Shown: piece after piece, positions 48,865 through 58,108 of the stretch
Layout: the number at the start of each line of letters is the position of its first letter
Numbering within the stretch: position 1 is the stretch's first letter
From: Candidatus Altiarchaeota archaeon
Lineage (GTDB): Archaea; Altiarchaeota; Altiarchaeia; IMC4; QMZM01
Assembly: GCA_038891095.1 (NCBI GenBank)
Contig: JAWAEV010000001.1
Span: 292,468 to 356,467 of the forward strand
Length of the DNA: 64,000 nucleotides
Direction: 5' to 3'
The notes under the pieces: generated by a model
The model's database searches: none
The model's input: the letters and a program-made list of their open reading frames with translations, nothing else
Told to the model about the DNA's origin: nothing
Position numbers and translations under genes: made by a program

Positions 48865-49728
48865 CTATGAAAATTTAACTTTTCCATTTGAGGAGATTCT
48901 AACATTTGCTCTTCTCATTGCCCAACATCCAAAAGAAATAGCAATTGGCAAACTTGCTATATGAGTATCTGCAGTTTCTATCGCAACTTTCAAACAAGTT
49001 ATATCACCACCTAAACCCATTGTACCAATTCCTAATTTATTTATCTCATTTAAAATTTCTTCTTCAAGTTTTGCAATCTCTCTATTCTTATTTTTTTCAT
49101 CTAATTTCCTTAGTAATGCTATCTTAGCTAACTTCATTGCTTGTTCTGAGCTGCCACCAATACCAACTCCGAGAATTATTGGCGGACAAGAATTTTTTGA
49201 TTTCTCTTTAACTTTTTCAAGAATGAATTTTTTTATTCCTTCAGTAGTTTCATTTGGACTTAGATTTTTATAGGAATTCATATTTTCAGAACCAGCACCT
49301 TTAGCAATTAAACTTATTTCAATTTCTCTTTTATTTGGGATAAATTCGAAATTTATCTCTGGCTGCTTATTTCCCAAATTTGAATTTCTTGGCTTTCTAT
49401 TTATTGCATCAACTAAATTTTCTCTCAGTGGAATTTTTTTTGTTGCGATTACTATTGCACTTTTTATTGCTCTCTCAATCTCTGTAATCTTTGTTTCATC
49501 ACCAAGTCTTACATAAAATGTAAGAAGTCCTGTATCCTGACAAATTGGTAAAGAATTTTTCCTTGCAAATTTTACATTCTTTAAAATTTCTCCTAATTGG
49601 ATTCTCGCTAATTCATTTGTTTCTCTTTTATAAGCCTCTCTTAACTTTTTTTCAACATCTCTTGGTAATGAAGTTTCCACTCTCTTAATCAATTCAAAAA
49701 TTTCATTAACAAGCTTTGTCTTTTTCAT
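48865..49728 (-). CDS. Fe-S fumarate hydratase/tartrate dehydratase alpha subunit
   Basis: PICQDTG, KGAGSEN, CPP, GIG.MGLGG, HIASLP, CWA.R. Confidence 0.93.
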   Translation of the reverse strand: MKKTKLVNEIFELIKRVETSLPRDVEKKLREAYKRETNELARIQLGEILKNVKFARKNSLPICQDTGLLTFYVRLGDETKITEIERAIKSAIVIATKKIPLRENLVDAINRKPRNSNLGNKQPEINFEFIPNKREIEISLIAKGAGSENMNSYKNLSPNETTEGIKKFILEKVKEKSKNSCPPIILGVGIGGSSEQAMKLAKIALLRKLDEKNKNREIAKLEEEILNEINKLGIGTMGLGGDITCLKVAIETADTHIASLPIAISFGCWAMRRANVRISSNGKVKFS

Positions 49729-51344
49729 GGATATTCTATACTACTTCTGTATAAAATTGAAAATATTGGTAATATGAAGAATAGTATTGCAAAGACAAAT
49801 TTAATTTCATATGTAAGGCCTAAAATGTTCTCTTTCAAGAGATAAAACCCATTGACTGCCCCTAAGATAAAGCCAATTAATGCTCCACCAAGTACATCCA
49901 CAATAGAGTGAACTCTTAGCTTAACTCTTGAATAAACATAGAGAACTCCTAATGGCAAAAGAATTAAAGATAAAAAAGGCCCTGCTCTTGGGATAAAGTA
50001 AACAAATGTTATTGCACCAATTGAAGTAAGGGAATGTAAAGAAGGGAATCCATACTTTACTATTGGTGTGTTAATATAAGGCACTTTCCTTTCTGTTTTG
50101 AATATATACTTTAGAATAAGACCTATTATCACTGAGGAAATTATGAATATTAAAGCTGAAGAGAATATATGAAAAATTTCATCAATTTTTGGATAGAGAT
50201 ATGAAGCGTACATAAGAGCAATTAAAAGAAATGGTACCTCTGGCATTTTGTCTATAAAGTTGTAAATAGCAAAATTTTTACTTTCTTTATCAACAAATTT
50301 TTTAAATTTTATTGTAAAAATCTGCTCACTCTTTTCTTTATCTCCTTTTTTTATTATGCGCTCATAGTATGGTAAGTAAATAAAATGGCTAAATGAAACT
50401 TCAGCATTAAAAGTTTTACTTAGCATGTCTCTTACTTTTTCAGGATCATAATTTTTTTTCTCAGGTTTAAAATTTTCTGGCAAGTTATTTGATTTTTGTA
50501 GATATGCATCTAGATTATATGAACTTTTAATTTTTGTTAATTTTCTATTTAGAATAACATACTTTTTTGTAGCAATTTTAGAGGCATAAGAAATTTCAGT
50601 TGGTTTCATCTTTAGAATCTCTGCAAAAGAATCTGTTAGTATTATAATTATCGAGAGAAGTTCATCAGCTATAACCTGGAGAATGCCTCTTCCATATGTT
50701 TTTACTTTAATAAGTTCATTGCTTTCCAAAATAGAAAGCTCCTCCTTAGGAATTTCTTCATAACTCAAAGCTTTTTTAACTGAAATGTCAAAAAGAATTT
50801 TTCTTGCTGATTCTGGAAGCTGTAAAACTCTTTTCAAGTATTCTTCCTTTGAAATTTTATTTCCATCCAACTTATAAATTTCAGCTGTAGTTAGATCAAC
50901 ATAAAGCTTATCTTTTCTGTCTTTTTCTCTTATTTCGTAAACTCCAAGAACTCTTGCTTTTCTTTCTATTTTCTCATCCGCTGTTGGGAGTATATCAGTA
51001 GAAAAACATTCAGAAATTTCCTCCTCTTTCTCTTCAACTTCAAGTTCACTTTCATTAAGAACTGCAATAAAATGCTCTCTTGCAAATTTTTCTAAATTCT
51101 CTTTCAATGGAAATTTAGTTATAATTAGACCTTTATCTGCTTTATTTGTATTTATGAATAAAAGGAAATTTTCAAGTTCTTCTATAGATAAGTCCTGTTC
51201 ATTTACTAATATAGCAACTTTTGATATGGCTCCAAAAGCATCTTCACATTCAGCAATGTACCTATGCTCAGGAAAATTGTTTATTGATATTAAGAATAGA
51301 TTAAATTTTTCTTTAAGTAAATTTTTGATAGAATTTTCATCCAT
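49725..51344 (-). CDS. fusion: degenerate Mrr-like N-domain + unknown middle + C-terminal PAP2 membrane phosphatase
   Basis: KADKGLIIT...FAREHFI.VL; PAP2 motifs LKYIFKTERK, FPSLHS, SRVKLRVHSIVD. Confidence 0.7.
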   Translation of the reverse strand: MDENSIKNLLKEKFNLFLISINNFPEHRYIAECEDAFGAISKVAILVNEQDLSIEELENFLLFINTNKADKGLIITKFPLKENLEKFAREHFIAVLNESELEVEEKEEEISECFSTDILPTADEKIERKARVLGVYEIREKDRKDKLYVDLTTAEIYKLDGNKISKEEYLKRVLQLPESARKILFDISVKKALSYEEIPKEELSILESNELIKVKTYGRGILQVIADELLSIIIILTDSFAEILKMKPTEISYASKIATKKYVILNRKLTKIKSSYNLDAYLQKSNNLPENFKPEKKNYDPEKVRDMLSKTFNAEVSFSHFIYLPYYERIIKKGDKEKSEQIFTIKFKKFVDKESKNFAIYNFIDKMPEVPFLLIALMYASYLYPKIDEIFHIFSSALIFIISSVIIGLILKYIFKTERKVPYINTPIVKYGFPSLHSLTSIGAITFVYFIPRAGPFLSLILLPLGVLYVYSRVKLRVHSIVDVLGGALIGFILGAVNGFYLLKENILGLTYEIKFVFAILFFILPIFSILYRSSIEYP

Positions 51345-51393
51345 TGTTAGAAATTATGTTCAGAAGTTAAATATAGTATCAAGAGCGTTAATA

Positions 51394-52242
51394 TTACTTT
51401 TCAGAAAAAATCTCTCTTATCTTTGCAATACTTCCAAGTATGCTGGATGTTTCAATTGGAAGGAAAATTTTTGTTGCTTTTCCATCTGCTATCTTTTCCA
51501 AAGTTTCAAGATATTTAACTGCTATTAAATCATTTGTTGGGACTCCCCTATGAATAGCATCATATACCATATGAATTGCTTTGCTTTTTCCTTCTGCTTC
51601 TAATATCGCAGCTTGCTTTTCACCTTCTGCTTTTAAAATTGCTGCTTGTTTAAAACCTTCTGCTTCTAATATTGCTGCTCTTCGCATTCTTTCAGCTTTC
51701 ATTTGTTTAGTCATTGCATCTGCGATATCTTTTGGTGGTTCAATTTTCTTTATTTCAACCTTAGTAATTTTTAAACCCCATTCATCAGTTACTTTCTCTA
51801 AGGTTTGTGTTAGAGTTAAATTTATTGAATCTCTTGAAGATAGTGTTTGATCCAAATCCATTGCACCAATAGTATTCCTTAAGGCAGTTTGAGCTAACAT
51901 AGATGTCGCAAGAGAAAAATTTTCTATATTGTATATTGACTTTTTAGGATCAAATATTCTGAAATAGATAACTGCATCAGCAATAACAGTTGCGTTGTCC
52001 TTAGTAATAACCTCTTGTGGAGGCACATCAATAATTCTCTCTCTTATATCAACAACATATAGCTTCTCTATAAACGGGAGAACAAAAACAATTCCTTGAT
52101 CAACTGTTTTTTTATATTTACCAAAACGCTCTATAATGCCTCTCTCAAAAGGGCGTATAACTTTAATATTTCTCACTACCAAAAATACTAAAACAATTGT
52201 TAATATAAGAAAAAAAAATATGAATAATTGTAAAAGTGCCAT
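51394..52242 (-). CDS. SPFH/Band 7 (stomatin/QmcA-like) membrane protein
   Basis: N-terminal TM, ERFGKY, PPQEVITKDN, QMKAER..RAAILEAEG. Confidence 0.95.
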   Translation of the reverse strand: MALLQLFIFFFLILTIVLVFLVVRNIKVIRPFERGIIERFGKYKKTVDQGIVFVLPFIEKLYVVDIRERIIDVPPQEVITKDNATVIADAVIYFRIFDPKKSIYNIENFSLATSMLAQTALRNTIGAMDLDQTLSSRDSINLTLTQTLEKVTDEWGLKITKVEIKKIEPPKDIADAMTKQMKAERMRRAAILEAEGFKQAAILKAEGEKQAAILEAEGKSKAIHMVYDAIHRGVPTNDLIAVKYLETLEKIADGKATKIFLPIETSSILGSIAKIREIFSEK

Positions 52243-52373
52243 TTTTTATATTAACATGTGACAATTTATATAGAGAATTGATGAATAAAAATTAAATTTT
52301 TATATGCTTTTAAGATTTAGCTTATTAATTTCTGCTTCAATAGATTTTATATCCACATAAGATTAATTAAAAA

Positions 52374-52799
52374 ATGAGGATAGAGTTGAGATATAGAAAC
52401 ATAGAAGCCAGGAGATTTTCATTTGCAAATATGCCAGTCGACATAAATAATAACTCTACTGTTGTTTCTGTTTTGGAAGATGAAGGGAATCTAAAGGTTG
52501 ACTTTGTTTTCACTTCAAATTATGAACCAAATGTAGGACTTATAAGAATTGAAGGGGAGTTAATAGTCAACGATACTAAAGAGAATATAAAGAAAGTTAT
52601 TGAAGAATGGAAAAAGTCAAATAACAAAAACTTACCTGAAAATTTTGCTGAAGAGATACATAATGCCATACTTACAAATTGTATTGTTGAAGCGACAATA
52701 CTTTCAAGAGATGTCCAATTGCCAATACCAATACCTACTCCAAAAATATCAATAAAAGAAAAAAAGCAAAAAAATGAGGAAAGAGTTTATATAAGGTAA
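52374..52799 (+). CDS. conserved archaeal hypothetical protein (SecB-like fold suspected)
   Basis: IEARRF, INNNST, F.FTSNY, I.IEG, LP.PIP.P; co-oriented with rpl31e. Confidence 0.7.
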   Translation: MRIELRYRNIEARRFSFANMPVDINNNSTVVSVLEDEGNLKVDFVFTSNYEPNVGLIRIEGELIVNDTKENIKKVIEEWKKSNNKNLPENFAEEIHNAILTNCIVEATILSRDVQLPIPIPTPKISIKEKKQKNEERVYIR

Positions 52800-52800
52800 A

Positions 52801-53073
52801 ATGAAAAAGAAGGAAAAAACGCAAAAGGAAGATGAAAGGGTTTATATGGTACCATTAGGTAATGCATTTCAAACTCCAAAAACAAGGAGAGCAAGAAAAG
52901 CGATAAATATGATTAGAGAATTTCTGAAAAGACACACAAAAACAGAAAATATAAAAATTGACGCTTCACTAAATGAAAAAATTTGGGAGAGGGGTATAAA
53001 AAAACCTCCAAGAAGAATAAAAGTGAAGGTTATAAAAAAAGATACTGAAACAATTGCAAGTCTTGCTGAATAA
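52801..53073 (+). CDS. rpl31e: 50S ribosomal protein L31e
   Basis: ERVY.VPL, RRARKAI..IREF..RH, LNEKIWERGIKKPPRRI. Confidence 0.96.
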   Translation: MKKKEKTQKEDERVYMVPLGNAFQTPKTRRARKAINMIREFLKRHTKTENIKIDASLNEKIWERGIKKPPRRIKVKVIKKDTETIASLAE

Positions 53074-53074
53074 A

Positions 53075-53725
53075 ATGCATTTTCAACAATTAAGTATTAA
53101 TGGTGAAGACTTTATTGGTTTATTTGGATTAGCAACTGACAGCTATGCTTTACTCTCTGTAAATTTTCCAAAAATTTTTGTTTTAGATGTCCCAGAAATT
53201 AGGACAAAAATTTATGGTAGTGGTCTAATAGGGCTTTTTTGCGCTGGTAATTCTAATGGTTTGTTATTGCCATACTTTGTATCAAGGGAAAATTTATCAT
53301 TTTTCAAAAAATCTCTGAAAGATGTAAATATAGCTCTTCTAAATTCTGAGTATACTGCAATTGGAAATTTAATTGCCTGTAATGATAAAGCAGCAATTGT
53401 TAGTGATAGACTTGACAAGAAAGATATTGATTTAATTTCAAATGTGCTAAATGTTGAGGTTTTTCAGAGAAAAATTTCTGAGCATAGTGAAGTTGGCTCT
53501 TGTTGTGTTGCTACAAATAAGGGCTTTATTGCTCATTGGAACGCTGAGAATGAAATAAAAGAGCTAGAAGAAATTTTTAAGGTCCCTGGAAGTGTTAGTA
53601 CTGTAAATTTTGGTTTTCCATTCCCAAGAGCAGGGATAATAGCAAATTCTAATGGCTATATAGTAGGTAAAACCACATCTGGAATTGAGTTAGGTCGCAT
53701 AGATGAAGCCTTAGGTTTTTTGTAG
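53075..53725 (+). CDS. eif6: translation initiation factor aIF-6
   Basis: GNSNGLL, GNLIACND, VATNKG, TVNFG, ANSNG, T.GIELGRI; ATG 53075. Confidence 0.94.
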   Translation: MHFQQLSINGEDFIGLFGLATDSYALLSVNFPKIFVLDVPEIRTKIYGSGLIGLFCAGNSNGLLLPYFVSRENLSFFKKSLKDVNIALLNSEYTAIGNLIACNDKAAIVSDRLDKKDIDLISNVLNVEVFQRKISEHSEVGSCCVATNKGFIAHWNAENEIKELEEIFKVPGSVSTVNFGFPFPRAGIIANSNGYIVGKTTSGIELGRIDEALGFL

Positions 53726-53730
53726 ATGAA

Positions 53731-54822
53731 ATGCAAAAAACTGGAATAGCAAACTTACCATTGCATTATGGAAAAGCTCCAAAATGGCTTTTTCAAAGGA
53801 TGGTAGAACTCTCTGCGAAAATTTCCGAAATTATAATCTATGAATATTCACAAGAAGAATTTTTAAAAAGACTTTCGGATCCTTACTGGTTTCAGGCATT
53901 TTCTTGTGTTTTGGGTTATGACTGGCACAGCTCTGGAACAACTACTGTGACATGTGGTGCACTAAAAGAAGCACTTAAAAAAGAAAATTTAGGAGTTGCT
54001 GTCTGCGGAGGAAAAGGAAAGGTATCAAGAAAAACTCCTGATGAAATAATTTTAAATGCAGAAAATTTTTCATTATCTACAGAAAAAATAGATAAGTTAA
54101 AATATGCAAGTAAAATGGCTGCAAAAGTTGATAACTGTTGCATTCAAGATTGCTATCAACTTTATCATCATTCATTTTTCTTTGATGAAAAAGGAAATTG
54201 GGCTGTTGTTCAGCAAGGTATGAATGATAACTTTGCAAGAAGATATCATTGGCTTTCTTCTGACTTAGGTAGCTTTGTAAATGAGCCTCATACTGCTATA
54301 TGCTGTGAAAGAAAAGAAAAAGATGTGTTAGATATGACTGCCAAAAACTCTGAAGAAGCAAGAAAAATTTCTGTTGATCTTGTTAATGAAAATCCGGAGA
54401 AATTACTAAAATTTTCAGGAAAACAAAAAACTCTTTCTTGCTATGAAGAACTTACAATGCCTCGTCATCACGAAATTTATAGAATTGATCTAAAAAAGCA
54501 AGATATTGAAGCCTTAAAGAAAGCTTATGAAATTCAACCAAAAAATTATGAAGAGCTAGTTTCATTGCAAGGGATTGGAGCTAAAAGAATTAGAGCTCTT
54601 GCGTTAATCTCAGAATTGATTTATGGTGCTAAGCCATCATGGCAAGATCCTGTGAAATTTTCATTTTCGCATGGCGGAAAAGATGGCTCTCCTTTCCCAG
54701 TAAAGAGAAAAATTTATGATAAGTCAATCTCAACTTTAAAAGAAGCAATAGAGCAAGCAAAAATTGGGAATAAGGAAAAACTCTATGCTATAAAAAGACT
54801 AAATGAATTTTTACATTGCTGA
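53731..54822 (+). CDS. DUF763 family protein
   Basis: LPLHYGKAP.WL, DWHSSGTTT, QQGMN, ARRYHW, HGGKDG. Confidence 0.9.
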   Translation: MQKTGIANLPLHYGKAPKWLFQRMVELSAKISEIIIYEYSQEEFLKRLSDPYWFQAFSCVLGYDWHSSGTTTVTCGALKEALKKENLGVAVCGGKGKVSRKTPDEIILNAENFSLSTEKIDKLKYASKMAAKVDNCCIQDCYQLYHHSFFFDEKGNWAVVQQGMNDNFARRYHWLSSDLGSFVNEPHTAICCERKEKDVLDMTAKNSEEARKISVDLVNENPEKLLKFSGKQKTLSCYEELTMPRHHEIYRIDLKKQDIEALKKAYEIQPKNYEELVSLQGIGAKRIRALALISELIYGAKPSWQDPVKFSFSHGGKDGSPFPVKRKIYDKSISTLKEAIEQAKIGNKEKLYAIKRLNEFLHC

Positions 54823-55077
54823 CTATTCTAAAATTTTGTAAACAACATCATTTGGTCTGACTCTTTCATTTACTTTAATACCAATTTCTTGTCCGGCTTT
54901 TGCTACTTGGACTGGATTTCTTTCAATTTGCATCGACTCAACAACTTGCTCTATATTAGTTGTATGCCCCTCAATTGAAATTTTATCCCCAACTCTAAGC
55001 TCTTCTTCAAGTTTTATCCCAGCAACTCCAACTTTGGAAAAATATGTAAAAACAACTCCAACTCTTTTCTTTTCCAT
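54823..55077 (-). CDS. translation elongation factor-like / U32 C-terminal beta-barrel protein
   Basis: YFSKVGVAGI, GD.I.IEGHTT, QVVESMQI, GIKV..RVRPND; ATG 55077. Confidence 0.82.
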   Translation of the reverse strand: MEKKRVGVVFTYFSKVGVAGIKLEEELRVGDKISIEGHTTNIEQVVESMQIERNPVQVAKAGQEIGIKVNERVRPNDVVYKILE

Positions 55078-55124
55078 TTTTATTTTTAATTTGTTATAGT
55101 TAAAATAGGGATAGAAAATATAAA

Positions 55125-55394
55125 ATGCAAATTGAAATTGCAGATATATTAAATTTTGTTTATTTAATTTATAACGCCCTCCGCAAAGGAATTCAATTAA
55201 TTCTTGAAGAAACAATAATAAAGGCTTCTCCTAAATTAGCAGAAAAATATGCAGACGCTCTCTCATTGTTAATAACAATAACTGCAATTTGGCTCATAAT
55301 AGAATTCTCAACAAGTTTGAAGAATATTGTAAAGGCGGTTGTTATTTTTGGTTGGATTTTACTTATAATTAGTATTGCAATAAGTATTTTTTAA
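55125..55394 (+). CDS. small membrane protein
   Basis: 89 aa, two C-terminal TM helices. Confidence 0.7.
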   Translation: MQIEIADILNFVYLIYNALRKGIQLILEETIIKASPKLAEKYADALSLLITITAIWLIIEFSTSLKNIVKAVVIFGWILLIISIAISIF

Positions 55395-55575
55395 ATTTAG
55401 CACCTCGATATATTTTTTGACCCATCTATTCAAAGACTTAAAACATTTTATCAGTTCTTTTCCTGAGATTGTTAAAGAGTACTCGACTCGGGAATCCTAT
55501 TAAAACCTCTCTAAAAGATTTCCATTTCTTTCCTAAAATTTTTATTATATTAGTTAGAGGGCATGTTTTTTCCAT
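55394..55575 (-). pseudogene. HxlR/DUF24 family regulator pseudogene (internal deletion + frameshift)
   Basis: MEKTCPLTNIIKILGKKW joined directly to REV, then in a shifted frame RVEYSLTISGKEL...LNRW; HTH core missing. Confidence 0.75.
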
Positions 55576-55660
55576 CTTTGTTATTTTTCTTTTTTTGAGA
55601 TATTTTCATGATATATGCTCTTCATTTTTTGTTGTTAATATTTAAGTATACATTATATAT

Positions 55661-55677
55661 TTACTTTAAAAAGGTAA
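55661..55677. promoter_or_regulatory. candidate HxlR-type operator
   Basis: Imperfect inverted repeat TTACT-N7-GGTAA between the HxlR pseudogene and cytochrome b5 gene. Confidence 0.35.
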
Positions 55678-55726
55678 TTAACAATACTATAAAAAGTTAC
55701 TATTAGGTATTAGGGGGAATTAAAAA

Positions 55727-56131
55727 ATGGGAACAGGAAATTTGATAAAAGGAATTTTGGTATTTGCAGTTGTTATAATTGTTGGATTAGGTATTTGGTT
55801 TTTTGTTATAAACACAGGAAACACTTCAAAAACATCTCCTCCCGAAACAGACCTTAGTGAAGTGAAATTCTACACTTTGCAAGATGTCTCAAAGCATAAC
55901 ACGAAGGAAGATTGTTGGATGGTGATTGATAAGAGGGTATATGATGTCACAAATTTTATTGCTCTTGGGAAGCATGGTCCTGCAATACTAGAAGGCTGCG
56001 GAAAAGATGCAACTAAATTATTTAACAGTAGGACAAGGGATGATGGAACAAAAATTGGTTCTGGAACACCACACTCAGAAACTGCAAGAAATCTCACAAG
56101 AAATTATTACATTGGAAACTTGAAAGAATAG
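55727..56131 (+). CDS. membrane-anchored cytochrome b5 domain protein
   Basis: N-terminal TM; HNTKEDCWMVI..RVYDVT, H ligand, CGKDAT, HS ligand, YYIG. Confidence 0.9.
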   Translation: MGTGNLIKGILVFAVVIIVGLGIWFFVINTGNTSKTSPPETDLSEVKFYTLQDVSKHNTKEDCWMVIDKRVYDVTNFIALGKHGPAILEGCGKDATKLFNSRTRDDGTKIGSGTPHSETARNLTRNYYIGNLKE

Positions 56132-56159
56132 ATGGAAAGAATATGATATTTTTTATACA

Positions 56160-57482
56160 ATGAAAAGAGAGGATAAAAACAAAATAGTAAAAACAATCAT
56201 ATTTGTTTCCATATCTTTTTCTCTATTTTTTATTTTTTATACTGTTTTTGCCCATACAAATTCCAGTAGGGTCTCAGCAAACTATTTTTTGTATTTAATG
56301 GGAAGATTAATGGGCCTTATCAGTTTTCTTTTTTTGTCTATTCTTATAATTTCTGGTGACACAGCAAGATTCTTTGATAGATTTTTTGGGATGGATAGGA
56401 TAATAAAATTTCAGAGAAAATTTTCTTTGATAATTTGTATATTTGTTGTACTGCATCCTGTATTTTTTATTGCAGCAGAGAGTGTACCTGCTCTTGATTA
56501 TCTGCTGCCAAACTTCTCAGTACTTCCTTTAGCTTTGGGCACATTGTCTTTTTATATTTTTATTGTTATACTGATAGCATCAAGACTATATAAGAGAATA
56601 TCATATGATGGATGGCAATATCTCCATGTTCTGACATATATTCTTTTCTTTTTCGTTTTGTATCATGCTGTAAATATTGGTTCTTCTTACAATTCCTCGG
56701 CACTTGTAAAAACAATTTATTTTTTCATGTTGATTTTTGTGTTGATAGGTATAGTATATAGAACAAATTATAAGCTCAAGCAAAGAGGTTTGAAATTTTT
56801 TGTTAAAAATATTGAATGGGAAACAAAAGACGCTTTTACTTTAACTTTAAAGCCAAACAAACAATTTTCATTCAAAGCAGGACAATTTTGTTTTTTGAGA
56901 CTGAAAAAAGATAAGTTGTATGCAAGACATCCATTTACAATATCTAGCTCTCCAAAGGAAGAAAATTTGAGCTTTACAATGAAGTTGACAGGTAGATTTA
57001 CAAAAGCGGCTTCGGAGTTAAAAAAAGGGGAAGAAGTTATTGTAGACGGTCCTTTTGGTATATTCACAATTGAAGATCATGAAAAAGACTTAGTATTCAT
57101 TGCAGGCGGTGTTGGAATTGCTCCTTTTATGAGTATGATAAAAAATCAACTTGAGAGTGAGAAAAAACAGAACGTCCTTTTGTTGTATGGCTCAAAAACG
57201 AAAGACGATATAATATTCAAAAAACAATTGGATAGTGTAAAAAAGGTTTGGTTTAAGAAAGTGTATGTGTTGGATAAAGTTGATAGTAATGATACTTCTA
57301 CAGAAAAATTTGAAAAAGGGCCTATAAGAAAAGAAATGATAGAAAGTTATGTTAAAGATGTGAAAAATTCATTGTTTTACATTTGTGGTCCAGAACCTAT
57401 GAAGGAATATGTGAAAAAAATATTGCTATCCGAACTAAAAGTCAGTAAAAATAACATAAGGATTGAAAGTTTCTTTTGGTGA
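56160..57482 (+). CDS. ferric reductase/NADPH oxidase-like flavocytochrome (TM + FAD + NAD(P)H domains)
   Basis: TM His residues, HPFTISS, GPFG, AGGVGIAPF, ICGP, ESF. Confidence 0.9.
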   Translation: MKREDKNKIVKTIIFVSISFSLFFIFYTVFAHTNSSRVSANYFLYLMGRLMGLISFLFLSILIISGDTARFFDRFFGMDRIIKFQRKFSLIICIFVVLHPVFFIAAESVPALDYLLPNFSVLPLALGTLSFYIFIVILIASRLYKRISYDGWQYLHVLTYILFFFVLYHAVNIGSSYNSSALVKTIYFFMLIFVLIGIVYRTNYKLKQRGLKFFVKNIEWETKDAFTLTLKPNKQFSFKAGQFCFLRLKKDKLYARHPFTISSSPKEENLSFTMKLTGRFTKAASELKKGEEVIVDGPFGIFTIEDHEKDLVFIAGGVGIAPFMSMIKNQLESEKKQNVLLLYGSKTKDDIIFKKQLDSVKKVWFKKVYVLDKVDSNDTSTEKFEKGPIRKEMIESYVKDVKNSLFYICGPEPMKEYVKKILLSELKVSKNNIRIESFFW

Positions 57483-57499
57483 GTTCCATATCTTAAAAA

Positions 57500-58018
57500 T
57501 CATTTACTTGAATGTAAAGATTTGATTCGCTCCTCGCCATTTATCTTTTCTATGACTTCTAATGTTCCTTTTGGAACTAAATTTTTCCATTTTCTTCCTG
57601 ATATGATTCTTTTTCTTATCTCTGTGCCAGAATAGTTCTTTCTGTTGAAAAGAGGAGTTGTTCTAACCTCGTAATTTCTATCTTTGAATAGTCTTTTTTC
57701 TAATTTTCCATTTGTGTAAACAACATCAAATTTTCCAACAATTTTCTCGACATGAGAGACCCATTTTTTGTCATCTCCAATGTCTGGAATTTCGAAAATT
57801 TCATAAGGAATAGAGATATTTCCTCGCAATGATTTTTCAATCATCTCCCCTCTCTCAAAAGCTGAGAAAGGATTTTCTTCTGTATTTTTAAATTGCGAAC
57901 TACCTATACCAATTTTTATCTTTATTATATCTTTTGAATTTGATGCTTTTTTTATCAACATTAAATGTCCTAAGTGAAATGGTTGAAACCTTCCTATGAT
58001 CAATGCTATTTTTTTCAT
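57500..58018 (-). CDS. nadM: nicotinamide-nucleotide adenylyltransferase
   Basis: IGRFQPFHLGH, GSSQ, NPFS..ER, YSGTEIR; ATG 58018. Confidence 0.95.
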   Translation of the reverse strand: MKKIALIIGRFQPFHLGHLMLIKKASNSKDIIKIKIGIGSSQFKNTEENPFSAFERGEMIEKSLRGNISIPYEIFEIPDIGDDKKWVSHVEKIVGKFDVVYTNGKLEKRLFKDRNYEVRTTPLFNRKNYSGTEIRKRIISGRKWKNLVPKGTLEVIEKINGEERIKSLHSSK

Positions 58019-58108
58019 ACAATTTAACTTCTGAATATTATATATAAGTGAGATTCCGGAGAAAATTAATTGGAAGCACTCGTTTTTAGGTATATAAAAA
58101 CACTTAAG

